DNA from: an uncultured archaeon
Lineage (GTDB): Archaea > Iainarchaeota > Iainarchaeia > Iainarchaeales > GCA-2688035
NCBI GenBank assembly: GCA_964354805.1
Contig: CAYHBD010000030.1
Coordinates: 6,800 to 70,799 of the forward strand
Length of the DNA stretch: 64,000 nt
Direction of reading: 5' to 3'
The position numbers and the translations under genes are program-made. Each line of letters starts with the position of its first letter. Position 1 is the stretch's first letter. This document shows positions 1-9,708 of this stretch, piece by piece. Below the pieces are notes generated by a model that was given only the letters and a program-made list of their open reading frames with translations, was not told the DNA's origin and ran no database searches.

Positions 1-432
1 TCTTTCAGGGAAAGAATGGCATGGCAAGCCAAAAGTGCTTTCAATTACAAGAATATCGCAGGGCAGCACTTCAGCTTTCTTTTGGATCAGCGAATCCTGC
101 AGCTTGAAGTCAGAGGTAACTGCAATTGTCTGGTTTCCCTCAACCAGAACCTGCGCGCTGCCAAGAATGTGCCCTGAATTGTGCAGGCTGATTGTTGTGC
201 CGTCGATTGCAATCTTTTCATTAAAGCGCAGTGCAGTGCTCTTCTGCATATGGCTGAATCTGGTTTCGACTATTGCCTTTGTTTCTTCGCTGCAAATGAA
301 ATTGCTTTCGTTGTTCAATGCAACATGGTCTGCATGCGCATGCGTAATAACGGCATTGCATTGCCTGCTTCCCCTTTCAGGGTCAATAGCAATCTTTTCA
401 ACAAGAAGGCCTTTTTCCGAACAAATCTGCAT
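1..432 (-). CDS. Metallo-beta-lactamase fold hydrolase, N-terminal part, possibly beta-CASP RNase family. The gene runs off the window start.
   Basis: Absent from the ORF track because it has no stop in the window. Translation from ATG at 432-430 gives MQICSEKGLLVEKIAIDP...AVITHAHADHVALNN...LHNSGHILGSAQV...LVIESTFG. It carries the HxHxDH zinc motif and GHILGSA / ESTFG motifs. Confidence 0.6.
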   Translation of the reverse strand, partial: MQICSEKGLLVEKIAIDPERGSRQCNAVITHAHADHVALNNESNFICSEETKAIVETRFSHMQKSTALRFNEKIAIDGTTISLHNSGHILGSAQVLVEGNQTIAVTSDFKLQDSLIQKKAEVLPCDILVIESTFGLPCHSFPER

Positions 433-444
433 GCAGTAATAATA

Positions 445-580
445 TGCAGGCGGGGAATAAAAAGCTTGGGGGAACTATTAAAATCTGATTTGACACCAGG
501 GAAATAAAAAGTGTGGGCTATAAAAATCTTCTTTGGCCCCTGAAAAGAAAAAGCCTGAGGCGAAACTATTAAATCCTGCT
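445..580. repeat. Three tandem imperfect repeats of about 45 nt in a divergent intergenic region
   Basis: Units are AATAAAAAGCTTGGGGGAACTATTAAAATCTGATTTGAC, AAATAAAAAGTGTGGGCTATAAAAATCTTCTTTGGCC and AAAAGAAAAAGCCTGAGGCGAAACTATTAAATCCTGCTTTGAC. Confidence 0.6.
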
Positions 581-605
581 TTGACTTAATTATACTGTTT
601 TCTTT

Positions 606-1724
606 ATGCCTGCAGAGCATGCCGTAATGCAGATTGCCGGGAAGATTAATGAATTGCACAGCAATTTAAGCCGGCAGAACTGGGGCAGCGCAAGCAGGAG
701 CTCCTTTTTGGCTTCCTTGCAGAAAAGCGTTGATGCCCTGGATGATTTGTATTTTCTTTTCAGCGAGGCGATTGCCGAAATTGAAAAAGAGCACGCTGTT
801 GGCAAGCCTGACCTGCAGCCTTTTTTGGGTGAAATGCAGAAGCTGCTTGAATCACTGCACAGAAACCTGCAGATGGAGAAAGAAAAGAAAAGCGTGGCAA
901 AAACGGTGAATGTCCTTGAGAAAGAGGAAACGCCTGAATTGTACTCTGACCTGCAGCAGAAAATCCTTGCAATGCTTTTAAAGTCGCGCTATTCGCTTGA
1001 AAGAATCAGCGTTTTCCTCAGAAGGCAGGGAATCGAAATTGTCACTGACAAAAGCACTGCAAAGCAGGTAATTGAAGTGCTGCAGAGGAAAGAGGATGAA
1101 CTGCAGGATTTAAGGGGGAAATACGAGGCAATAAGAAAAAAGAGTTATATGGGTTACTTTGAGGAAGACACTGTAGCTGACATGGAGCATGAATTGATTG
1201 AATTGGGCAAAAAACTTTTTTTGAACGCGGACGATGTTGGAAAAACCATGAATTTGCACAGGAGCAGGCTGGAGCAGGCTGAAAGCAGCTATGCTGAACT
1301 GCTGCAAAAGCTTGACGGCATGCAACAGGCTTTTTCGCTTCACACCCAAAAATCAGGGGATTTGGTCAGGGCACTGAAAAAGGAAAGGGACTACGCGAAA
1401 AAAATCGTTCTTGACATAGAGAACGAAACACTGCAATTAAGGAACACTTACAGCAGGGAAATGCTGAACCTGCAGGAATCAAAACTTGCTGCAAAAAAAG
1501 AGGCAGAGCAGCACTTTTCAGGAGAAATAAAAAAGCTGCAGAAACAGCTGTCAGAAGAACATGACCTGCTGCAGCACTTCAAAAAAGTTGCGGAAGACAA
1601 GCTGAACAAAGAGCAGGCGCTTGAAGAAAAAATAAAGCAATTGACCATGCTTCTCAAAACAAAGGAAAAGCACGAGGCAGTGAAAAAGCATTACAGGGAA
1701 GCGAGGAAAAGGAAGAATAAATAA
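606..1724 (+). CDS. Hypothetical coiled-coil protein, K/E/Q/L-rich
   Basis: 372-aa ORF with heptad-like K/E/L composition. No recognisable catalytic motif. Confidence 0.5.
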   Translation: MPAEHAVMQIAGKINELHSNLSRQNWGSASRSSFLASLQKSVDALDDLYFLFSEAIAEIEKEHAVGKPDLQPFLGEMQKLLESLHRNLQMEKEKKSVAKTVNVLEKEETPELYSDLQQKILAMLLKSRYSLERISVFLRRQGIEIVTDKSTAKQVIEVLQRKEDELQDLRGKYEAIRKKSYMGYFEEDTVADMEHELIELGKKLFLNADDVGKTMNLHRSRLEQAESSYAELLQKLDGMQQAFSLHTQKSGDLVRALKKERDYAKKIVLDIENETLQLRNTYSREMLNLQESKLAAKKEAEQHFSGEIKKLQKQLSEEHDLLQHFKKVAEDKLNKEQALEEKIKQLTMLLKTKEKHEAVKKHYREARKRKNK

Positions 1725-1726
1725 AA

Positions 1727-2323
1727 CTACTCAGCCATTCTTGCAATTATCTGTGTTGGCTCGAAATCGGGATCTTTCTCCCTTTTACTTTTTCTTAAAT
1801 ACTCTTCCCCATACCAACTTGAAACTTTGTCTTCAGGCACTTTACTCACACTTGTTACCACAAAATCACTTTCTTCTAATATCGTTTTCCATCTTTTCAT
1901 AGCAAGTTTAGGCGTTTGTAACCTAATTCTTCCATTGGGTACAAGAACTTGTTTGACTAATTTCAAAATTTTTCTTGCTTCTGTATTTGCTATTTCAATA
2001 TTAGCGTAATGAGCTTCAGGGAATAAAAATTGTTTTCCCAAGTTTGCGAAAAAATATTCTGCATTTATCACTTTCACTTTTCTTTCTTCTGCAATCAACT
2101 TTCTTAGAAAGGTTTCAGCCTGCCCTTTTTTTCCATAAACCAGCATAGCCCCTGGCACTTTTCGCCTAACTCTTATTCCTTTTCTCTGATGCCAGGCCGC
2201 TCTACTGCTACTGTCTATACCAATAACTTTTCTCCCTATCTTAGGCAATAATGCATTTAGTCTTCCAGCAGACCCTGCTCCAAGCTCTAATAAGGAAATT
2301 GGTTTCTTTCCTCTTTTAATCAT
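1727..2323 (-). CDS. Class I SAM-dependent methyltransferase
   Basis: Motif I-like LLELGAGSAGRL and IGIDSS. The ATG at 2323 lies 2 nt from the lysA stop. The track ORF extends to 2341. Confidence 0.6.
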   Translation of the reverse strand: MIKRGKKPISLLELGAGSAGRLNALLPKIGRKVIGIDSSSRAAWHQRKGIRVRRKVPGAMLVYGKKGQAETFLRKLIAEERKVKVINAEYFFANLGKQFLFPEAHYANIEIANTEARKILKLVKQVLVPNGRIRLQTPKLAMKRWKTILEESDFVVTSVSKVPEDKVSSWYGEEYLRKSKREKDPDFEPTQIIARMAE

Positions 2324-2324
2324 A

Positions 2325-3632
2325 TCAGATTTCCCTCTCATTCTTAATTAGCTCTTCCAGCATTTGCCTTTCCCTGATTACTTTTGCCTCTCCGTTCAAC
2401 AGGAGAATGCACGCAGGCAACAGCCTTGAATTGTAATTTGATGCCATCACAAAACCGTAAGCGCCGGCGTTGAGAATTGCAAGCGTGTCACCCTCTTTTG
2501 CTGCTGGCAGCGCTCTCAGCTTTTCCCTGTTTTCGTTAAAAACATCCACGCTCTCGCACAAATTCCCTGCAACCAAAAATTTTCGCTTCAGCTTTCCATT
2601 CACATTGTCGCATACAACCATTTCATGGAAAGCACCGTAAAAAGCAGGCCTTATTAAATCATTGAAGCCAGCGTTCACTCCAATCAACGGAACATTTTTT
2701 TCCTCAACAGTATTTATTTCACACAGCAAAACACCGGCATCGCAAACAATAAAGCGCCCTGGCTCGATTGCAATCTCTGCCCTCAAACCGCTTTTCTGCA
2801 TTTTTTCAACAATTCCCTTTGCGTAACGCTGCAACGGAAAATCCTGCTGCTCTTCTCGGTATCTTACGCCCGGTCCTCCTCCGAAATCAACAAATTGCAG
2901 CTTTTTCCCTAAAATTTTTTCAACCTTTTTTGCAACGGCAATTGTTTTGCCAACAGTTTTAAGAAAAACCTGCACATCCTTGCCAAGCCAGCCTGAACCA
3001 ATGTGCTGGTGCAGACCGACAACATTGAAGCCGAGCGCTTTCGCTTCCTTGAACGCAAGCCCGATTTTTTTCTCTGGTATGCCGAATTTGATGAATTTGC
3101 CTGCGGTAATTGTGTGGCTGTGCGCTCCAGCTCCAATGCCAGGATTCCACCTAATACTTACATCACCTTTATAACCCAAGGAATGCAATCTCCTCATTTG
3201 TGAAAAGCTGTCAATGTTTATCCTCACACCCAATTCAATCAATTCCTGCAATTCGCTGTCGCTGACCGAGGTGCCTGTGAAAAGGATTTTTTCTTTTGAA
3301 AAACCTGCTTTCAGCGCAATCTTTACCTCATTCACTGAAACAGCATCAATGAATGCTCCCTCCCTCAACAGCAGCTGCAGCACTGCAATGTGCGAGTTTG
3401 CCTTCACTGCGAAATGGATTCTTGGACTTGCGCCAGCTTTGGCAAAAGCGCTTTTTATCGCCCTGAAATTTTCAATTATTCTGTTGCCATTGTAAACAAA
3501 AAGCGGCGTGCCGTACTGTTTTGCAAGCGCTACCGCGCTGTTCCCTGCAATGTATAGCTGGTTTTGCTTGACTTGCAAATGTCCGTCAATTTCCCACCAC
3601 ATCATGAACTCACCATTCAATTGCTCCAACAA
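2325..3632 (-). CDS. lysA: Diaminopimelate decarboxylase
   Basis: PLP-dependent fold III decarboxylase motifs (HFAVKAN, FGGGPGVRY, CESVD), in a dap gene cluster. An internal start MMWWEIDG at about 3605 would remove the overlap with dapF. Confidence 0.9.
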   Translation of the reverse strand: MLEQLNGEFMMWWEIDGHLQVKQNQLYIAGNSAVALAKQYGTPLFVYNGNRIIENFRAIKSAFAKAGASPRIHFAVKANSHIAVLQLLLREGAFIDAVSVNEVKIALKAGFSKEKILFTGTSVSDSELQELIELGVRINIDSFSQMRRLHSLGYKGDVSIRWNPGIGAGAHSHTITAGKFIKFGIPEKKIGLAFKEAKALGFNVVGLHQHIGSGWLGKDVQVFLKTVGKTIAVAKKVEKILGKKLQFVDFGGGPGVRYREEQQDFPLQRYAKGIVEKMQKSGLRAEIAIEPGRFIVCDAGVLLCEINTVEEKNVPLIGVNAGFNDLIRPAFYGAFHEMVVCDNVNGKLKRKFLVAGNLCESVDVFNENREKLRALPAAKEGDTLAILNAGAYGFVMASNYNSRLLPACILLLNGEAKVIRERQMLEELIKNEREI

Positions 3633-4440
3633 AAACTTTTTGCGCTGCTCCCCTCAAAAAAACTTTTTCGCCTGCCTTTATTTCAAGAGCACCGCCTGGC
3701 ATTTCAACGCTGACCCACTGGTTTGCATCAGCAACGCCTGCGTTTATGGCTGCGACAACTGTTGCAATTGCGCCGCTGCCGCAGGCAGATGTTTCGCAGG
3801 CGCCCCTTTCATGCACCCTCATTTTAATTTTCTTCGGAGAAACAATGTTCGCAAACTCAGTATTTGTTCTATGTGGCTGAAACGCTTTGTGCCATTCAAA
3901 CTCATGCCCTATTTCTTCAACAGGAAAATGCTGCACATTCTCTTTCAGAAAAACAACGGCATGCGGATTTCCAACATCAACGCTGTAATACTCAAAGCCC
4001 TTTATCCCGGCAATTAACTGGAATTTTCCCTTGAAGATAGGCTTTGCCAGCAGCTGCAATTCAACTGTTGCCTTGTTTTTCTTTTCATCGGAAACCTTTG
4101 CTGAAACAATTCCATTGCCTGATTCAATCCTGAAATCCTTTTTCTTTTTTCCTTCGATTAAAAAACGTTCAAAGGCAACGCATCTCAATCCATTAACGCA
4201 TGTTTCTGCCTCGCTGCCGTCAGCATTAAAGGTTCGCATCCTGAAATCGGCTTTGGCTGAACTGGACTTGCACAAAAACAGCACGCCATCTGCCCCGACT
4301 GCAACGTGCCTCTTGCAGTTGTTTACTGCAAAAAATTCCTTGTCCCTTTCAGGAACCACTTCCCCCTGCATTTCATTTACAACAATGAAGTCATTTCCCA
4401 GGCCGTGCATTTTGCTGAATTGAACAATCATTTTTATCAA
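3610..4440 (-). CDS. dapF: Diaminopimelate epimerase
   Basis: MHGLGNDFIVV N-terminus, plus the two catalytic Cys contexts (NADGSEAETCVNG and ETSACGSG). Confidence 0.9.
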   Translation of the reverse strand: MIKMIVQFSKMHGLGNDFIVVNEMQGEVVPERDKEFFAVNNCKRHVAVGADGVLFLCKSSSAKADFRMRTFNADGSEAETCVNGLRCVAFERFLIEGKKKKDFRIESGNGIVSAKVSDEKKNKATVELQLLAKPIFKGKFQLIAGIKGFEYYSVDVGNPHAVVFLKENVQHFPVEEIGHEFEWHKAFQPHRTNTEFANIVSPKKIKMRVHERGACETSACGSGAIATVVAAINAGVADANQWVSVEMPGGALEIKAGEKVFLRGAAQKVFVGAIEW

Positions 4441-4464
4441 ACCCTGTTTCCATTGTTTTTCCTG

Positions 4465-5658
4465 TCATTCCAGCAGCCGCTCTGCTGCTTCCCTTGTTTT
4501 TTCAACACTTTGCACCATTGCAAAGCGCACAAACCTTTCCCCCGGGTTTTTGCCCTGGAAATCATGCGAAATCAGGCTGCCTGGGATATTGTTAATGCCC
4601 TTTTCAAGCAAAAGCCATTCGCTGAATTGCGCTGCTGTTTTTCCCTTAGGCACTTGAACCCACAAAAAAAATGTCCCCTTTGGTTTTTCAATTCCGCATC
4701 CAATCTGCTGCAGTGCAGGCAGCAATGCATCAATTCTTGCGCTGTATTCTTTTCTCATTTTTTCGCAGTGGGCTTCATCGCCCCAGGCAGCGATTGCTGC
4801 ATCCTGGATGAATGTTGCAACTCCCTGCACGCTTTTCCTTGTGATTGAAGCAAATGCTTTGAGCAATTCACTGTTTTTGCTTGCGGCAAAGCCCACAGCA
4901 TAGCCAGTCATCATGCTTCTCTTTGAAAGCGAATTCACTACAATGCTGCACTCTTCTGCTCCCTTGATCTGCATAATGCTCAAAGGCCTTTCGCTGAAAT
5001 AAAGTTCGCTGTAGCATTCATCAGAAACAAGAATTACATTGTGTTCATTGCAGAAATCAACCGCCTCTTTCAGCTTTTCCTTTCCATAAACCTGCCCTGT
5101 AGGGCTGTGGGGGCTGTTCAGGAAAAGAATTTTTGCCAGCTCAGCTGTTTTGCTGTCAATTGAATCAAACAGTGGCAGAAAATCGTTTTCAGGAAGCAGG
5201 TTCAGATAATAAGGCGCACCGCCTGCCAGCAGCGTTCCGTCAGTGTAAGGCGGATAACCCGGATTTGGAATCATGGCAATTTCCCCCTTATTGGGATTAA
5301 TGAAGTAAGATGGAATGTGGAATGAAGCAAATTTTGCACTATATGTTGAAACAATTTCCCCTGCCTGCATTGAAACACCAAAGCGCTTTTTCATCCATTT
5401 GCACACAGCTTCCCTGAATTCCTCGCTCCCGATTGAAGCAGGGTAGCCGCTGCCTTTTCTTGCATCAACCGCTTTCTTGCACTGCTGCCTTATTGCAGCA
5501 GGTGTTTCATCTGTAGGATCGCCTATGCCGAAATCAATCAAGTGCCCAGAACCGAATTTTGCAATCGCCTTTTTCTTTAAGTCATCGATTGCGTCAAAAG
5601 GATATGGCTTGCCAAGAATGCGCCGCAAATTTTCATTAATCGGCAACTTAAAATTCAT
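4465..5658 (-). CDS. dapL: Class I aminotransferase, probable LL-diaminopimelate aminotransferase
   Basis: PLP-lysine motif NSLSKRSMMTGYAVG and position inside the dap cluster. The start is set at MNFKLPINEN (ATG 5658). The track ORF extends to 5730. Confidence 0.7.
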   Translation of the reverse strand: MNFKLPINENLRRILGKPYPFDAIDDLKKKAIAKFGSGHLIDFGIGDPTDETPAAIRQQCKKAVDARKGSGYPASIGSEEFREAVCKWMKKRFGVSMQAGEIVSTYSAKFASFHIPSYFINPNKGEIAMIPNPGYPPYTDGTLLAGGAPYYLNLLPENDFLPLFDSIDSKTAELAKILFLNSPHSPTGQVYGKEKLKEAVDFCNEHNVILVSDECYSELYFSERPLSIMQIKGAEECSIVVNSLSKRSMMTGYAVGFAASKNSELLKAFASITRKSVQGVATFIQDAAIAAWGDEAHCEKMRKEYSARIDALLPALQQIGCGIEKPKGTFFLWVQVPKGKTAAQFSEWLLLEKGINNIPGSLISHDFQGKNPGERFVRFAMVQSVEKTREAAERLLE

Positions 5659-5818
5659 TGTATCCACCCAGAAATTCAATTCAATCAAAAAAGAATTAAA
5701 GAATTCTATTTGGGAAAATTTAAATAACAATAAGGGTTAAAACGAATTTCGTCCAAATTGGTTATTTATATATAGGTTTTCGTATAGAGGCATTTTATCG
5801 CTTTAAAGGTGAATTGGG

Positions 5819-6571
5819 TTGCGCATTGCATTAATCGGCTTTGGAAAAATGGGCAAAGAAATCGCAAGGCTGGCGAAAGAGCAGGGCATGGCTGTTGCAG
5901 CAACAATTGACCCAAATGAAAAAGAAGCCGGCTTCAAGGGAATAAGCAAAGAGGCAATTGCTGATGCCGATGTGTGCATTGACTTCAGCCAGCCTGATGC
6001 TGTTGTTGAAAACGTGAAAAAAATCGCTTCTTTCGGCAAAAACATTGTTGTTGGAACAACAGGCTGGCTGGAAAAGGAGCAGGAAGTGAAAAAAGCTGTT
6101 GAAAAAAACGGGACTGGGCTGGTTTATGCCAGCAATTTTTCTTTGGGGGTGAATGCTTTTTACAGAATAGTTGCACAGGCTGCGGCAGTAATGAACAAAT
6201 TCCCGGCTTATGATGTTTTCTGCTTAGAAATGCACCACAGGAACAAAGCAGACAGCCCTAGCGGAACAGCAAAAAGCATTGAAAAAATTTTGCTTGAAAA
6301 AATTGAGAGGAAAAAGAAAGCAATTGAAGAGAAACTGGACAGGAAAATTGCTGCAGATGAAATGCACGTTGCCTCGCTCAGGGGCGGCAGCGTGCCTGGA
6401 ACGCACGCTGTTTTCTTTGACAGCAGCGCTGATACAATTGAGCTGCGCCATACCGCAAGAAGCAGGGAAGGCTTTGCTTTGGGAGCACTGCAGGCTGCCA
6501 AGTGGATTAACGGGAAAAAGGGTTTTTATTCAATTGAAGACATGCTGGGGGAGATGATTGCCGATGAGTAA
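5819..6571 (+). CDS. dapB: 4-hydroxy-tetrahydrodipicolinate reductase
   Basis: Rossmann N-terminus MRIALIGFGKMGKEI and the EMHHRNKADSPSGTA signature. TTG start. Confidence 0.9.
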   Translation: MRIALIGFGKMGKEIARLAKEQGMAVAATIDPNEKEAGFKGISKEAIADADVCIDFSQPDAVVENVKKIASFGKNIVVGTTGWLEKEQEVKKAVEKNGTGLVYASNFSLGVNAFYRIVAQAAAVMNKFPAYDVFCLEMHHRNKADSPSGTAKSIEKILLEKIERKKKAIEEKLDRKIAADEMHVASLRGGSVPGTHAVFFDSSADTIELRHTARSREGFALGALQAAKWINGKKGFYSIEDMLGEMIADE

Positions 6572-7466
6572 AAAAATTTCGGGATGTATTCCTGCGTTGG
6601 TTACGCCGATGCGCGAGGATGGCAACAGGCTGAATCACGCAATAAACTTTGATGCTTTGCGCGAATTGGTTGATTATGTAATAAAAGGCGGCGTGAATGG
6701 AATCGTTGTTTCAGGCTGCACCGGGCATGCTGCCTCACTTACAGCAGCTGAGCAGGTTGATTTAATTGAAAAATCAATGGAGATGGCAGGCAGGGTGCAG
6801 TTCATTGCTGGCGATGGAAGCAACTGCACCAGAGAGGCAATTGACTTGGCGAAAAAAATTGAGGATGTTGGAGTGAAAACTCATTTGCAGATTTCTCCCT
6901 ACCAGAACAAGCCAACGCAGGAAGGCCTTTATCAGCACTATGCCGCGATTGCGAATGCAATCGAAGGGGAAATAATTGTCTACAATGTTCCCGGCAGGAC
7001 AGGGAAGAATGTTGAGCCTGAGACTGTTGCCAGGTTGGCCAAAGAATTCAGCAGCATAATTGCTGTAAAGGAAGCATCAGGCAACTTGCAGCAGATAAAG
7101 AAAGTGATTGAATTGACTCGCGATTTCAAATTTGATGTAATAAGCGGCGATGACCCTTTAACTCTTGAAATAATCAAAGCAGGGGGCACTGGCTGCATTT
7201 CTGTTGCGGCAAACATTGCGCCAAAACAAACAAGCAAAATGATTTCACTTGCTTTGCAGGGAAAATTTGACAAGGCAAAAAAAGAGGATGACGCGCTAAG
7301 GGAGCTGTACAGGGTTCTTTTCATTGAAACAAACCCCTGCCCCGCACACTACGCTTTGAGAAAGCTTGGCATTGCTGTCGGGGTTCCGCGCTTGCCATTG
7401 GTTGACGTAATGCCGGAAACAGCAAAACAGATTGATGCAGCGCTCCTGCAACTTGGATTGATTTGA
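6558..7466 (+). CDS. dapA: 4-hydroxy-tetrahydrodipicolinate synthase
   Basis: PALVTPM, YNVPGRTG and the KEASG active-site lysine context. Overlaps the dapB end by 14 nt. Confidence 0.9.
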   Translation: MPMSKKISGCIPALVTPMREDGNRLNHAINFDALRELVDYVIKGGVNGIVVSGCTGHAASLTAAEQVDLIEKSMEMAGRVQFIAGDGSNCTREAIDLAKKIEDVGVKTHLQISPYQNKPTQEGLYQHYAAIANAIEGEIIVYNVPGRTGKNVEPETVARLAKEFSSIIAVKEASGNLQQIKKVIELTRDFKFDVISGDDPLTLEIIKAGGTGCISVAANIAPKQTSKMISLALQGKFDKAKKEDDALRELYRVLFIETNPCPAHYALRKLGIAVGVPRLPLVDVMPETAKQIDAALLQLGLI

Positions 7467-7490
7467 CGCTGTCTCCCGGTTAGAAAGCTA

Positions 7491-7498
7491 TTTAAATA
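7491..7498 (+). promoter_or_regulatory. TATA-like box (TTTAAATA) upstream of the 7545 gene
   Basis: An AT-rich TTTAAATA about 50 nt upstream of the TTG start. The call rests on the pattern alone. Confidence 0.3.
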
Positions 7499-7544
7499 AC
7501 CTCCAATTTATCTATAGTAAACACGTTTTTCGGAAGCGATTGTT

Positions 7545-9077
7545 TTGGACGGATTGGATAAATTTGAGGAACCCTCTTATAGCAGCGCTGAAATAAAGAT
7601 TGAGGGAGAGGGCTTTGGCGGCGGGTTTGGGTCAGTAAAAAAATTTGTGCCTTACATTATTGCAATCGTTGTTCTGGGCGCAATTGCTTTGTTTGCATAC
7701 GATTTCTTCATTGGCTCGGTTTCCAATGTCTCAATAACGATTAAGGACACTGAGGGCACTGTTTTGGAGGACAGTAGCATAAAGCTTTTTGCGGCTGGCA
7801 GCAATGAGCCGTTTTTTACCGGCAGCGATGCCTCAACTTACACTGTTGCAATGCGGCCAGGCAGCTACAGGGCTGAAGTAAAAGCTACAGGCTATGCAAT
7901 AAAAACAGTCCAGATTGAATTGGGCGCAAACGAAAACCAGAAAACAATTGAATTGGAAAAAGACTTTGATGTTAAAATAACTGGCTTTGAACAGGCTTTT
8001 CCTGCAAAATTGTTTTTAGGGCAGGCAACAACAGTGCTGGTAACAGTGGAAAACAAATCTGATAAAAGCGCTACAGTGCAGTTAGTGCTTGAAGACGGCT
8101 TGAAAGAATTGGTTGAAGATGATGAAACAGGCGCTGTAACAATTGCCGGCAACAGCAGTGCAACAATAAATATTGCAATCAATGTGAAAACCACAATTAA
8201 GATAAAGAACGAAAAGGATGGCGACAGCAAAAAAGCTGTTGTAAGGGTGAAATACACCAAAAAGCAGGAATCACGCAGTTTCACTCTTTTCCCGAACCCT
8301 GCCGACAAAATAACGCTTGGCAGCGCAACTTTCAGCGTAAAAGCCAGGGAAGGCCTGAACAAGCAGAGCAAAAAAATAAAAGTGACAAACAGTAATAAGT
8401 TCTCAATTGAGGACTTGAACTTGAGCATTGAAATCACAAGCAGCACGAGAAACGATGAAGCCCAGGTGCTGCAATGGTTCCAGTTCACTGAAATAGCTGA
8501 CGAGCCAAAGCCACAGCTGATCAGCATTCAAAGCATTGCAGCAGGCAGCTATGTTGAAAAGGAACTGCAGGTAATCGCGCCATTGAGCGCAAAAAAAGAG
8601 CCCGGAATAAAGGGAAACATTGTTTTAAGCGCTGGCTATCTGCAGCAGCCGAAAAAATCAACCCTTACACTGGAAATAGCTGAAGAAGCAAGCTATGGCA
8701 TTGCATTAACCCTTACCCCAAACCAGCCATATGAAATTGTATGGGATGACACTCAAAGAAAATACGAGAAAAAAATTGTAACACTGAAAGTGAAGAACTC
8801 AGGGCAAATTGTTTTGCAGAACATTGTTTTGTCAATTGAAAACGATGATGATTGCAGCACTAACTGGCTTTCTTTCCTTGAAAGCACAATTGATTCCTTG
8901 GCTGTCGGCCAAACAAAGGAACTGAAAATGGAGGCAACAGCGCCAATAGTGCAAAGGGGCAATGAAACCAACATGTACTGCAACGTGCATTATCTCTTTG
9001 ACAATCCTGTGCAACTGGGGGAATACGTTGAAGACACATTGCCTGCATTCATTCAAATAAGGCCAGAGGCAGAGTAA
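7545..9077 (+). CDS. Membrane-anchored surface protein with repeated beta-sandwich-like (CARDB/NEW3-like) segments
   Basis: N-terminal TM helix (PYIIAIVVLGAIALFAYDFFIG) followed by T/S/K/V-rich beta-strand-like repeats. Composition resembles the 33608 ORF. Confidence 0.5.
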   Translation: MDGLDKFEEPSYSSAEIKIEGEGFGGGFGSVKKFVPYIIAIVVLGAIALFAYDFFIGSVSNVSITIKDTEGTVLEDSSIKLFAAGSNEPFFTGSDASTYTVAMRPGSYRAEVKATGYAIKTVQIELGANENQKTIELEKDFDVKITGFEQAFPAKLFLGQATTVLVTVENKSDKSATVQLVLEDGLKELVEDDETGAVTIAGNSSATINIAINVKTTIKIKNEKDGDSKKAVVRVKYTKKQESRSFTLFPNPADKITLGSATFSVKAREGLNKQSKKIKVTNSNKFSIEDLNLSIEITSSTRNDEAQVLQWFQFTEIADEPKPQLISIQSIAAGSYVEKELQVIAPLSAKKEPGIKGNIVLSAGYLQQPKKSTLTLEIAEEASYGIALTLTPNQPYEIVWDDTQRKYEKKIVTLKVKNSGQIVLQNIVLSIENDDDCSTNWLSFLESTIDSLAVGQTKELKMEATAPIVQRGNETNMYCNVHYLFDNPVQLGEYVEDTLPAFIQIRPEAE

Positions 9078-9121
9078 TCCGCAAAAACTGTTTCTTATTT
9101 GCCAAATTAGAAAAAGCAGCT

Positions 9122-9526
9122 TCAAAGCGCCTTTTTAATCAATTCCTTTAGGCTTGCGGGGGCTTCAACTTCTTTTTGCAAAAACTCTTCTTTTGAGAAC
9201 CATTTTAGCTGGGCAATCTTCTCGTTTTCCTTGTGTGGCAGAACAGGCTTCTGGCTGCCTGCATCGCATTTGAAAACAGTGTTCACAACCTGCGCTCCAT
9301 CGCTCAAGCGCATGAAGTGGAAAACCCCAACAGGCTCTTTTGGCTCAATCTTTAACCCTGCTTCCTCCCAAACTTCCCTTTGCAGTGTTTGCATTGGCTC
9401 TTCGCCGTGCTCTACTTTTCCGCCAGGCAAATCCCAGACCTTTTTCCTTCCAACCTCTAACTCAAGCGCAAGGAATTGGCCATCCCTCACAATCAGAGCC
9501 TTTAAGGCAGCAAAAACATCAGGCAT
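9122..9526 (-). CDS. NUDIX hydrolase
   Basis: Complete Nudix box: GGKVEHGEEPMQTLQREVWEEAGL. Confidence 0.85.
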   Translation of the reverse strand: MPDVFAALKALIVRDGQFLALELEVGRKKVWDLPGGKVEHGEEPMQTLQREVWEEAGLKIEPKEPVGVFHFMRLSDGAQVVNTVFKCDAGSQKPVLPHKENEKIAQLKWFSKEEFLQKEVEAPASLKELIKKAL

Positions 9527-9708
9527 AATAAAAAAATGAATGGAAAGGAAAATTTAAAAAGGAAAGTGAAAGAAAAAAAAGAACAAAAATTACAGAGATG
9601 GCTTCCAGAACAAGCCCATATGCCCAACAATGAAAAGCGCCATATTTTTAGTGGTTGCCAAAGATGCTGGGCATTGCTTGAAATGCCAGCTTCCTGCTGC
9701 TCAAAATG

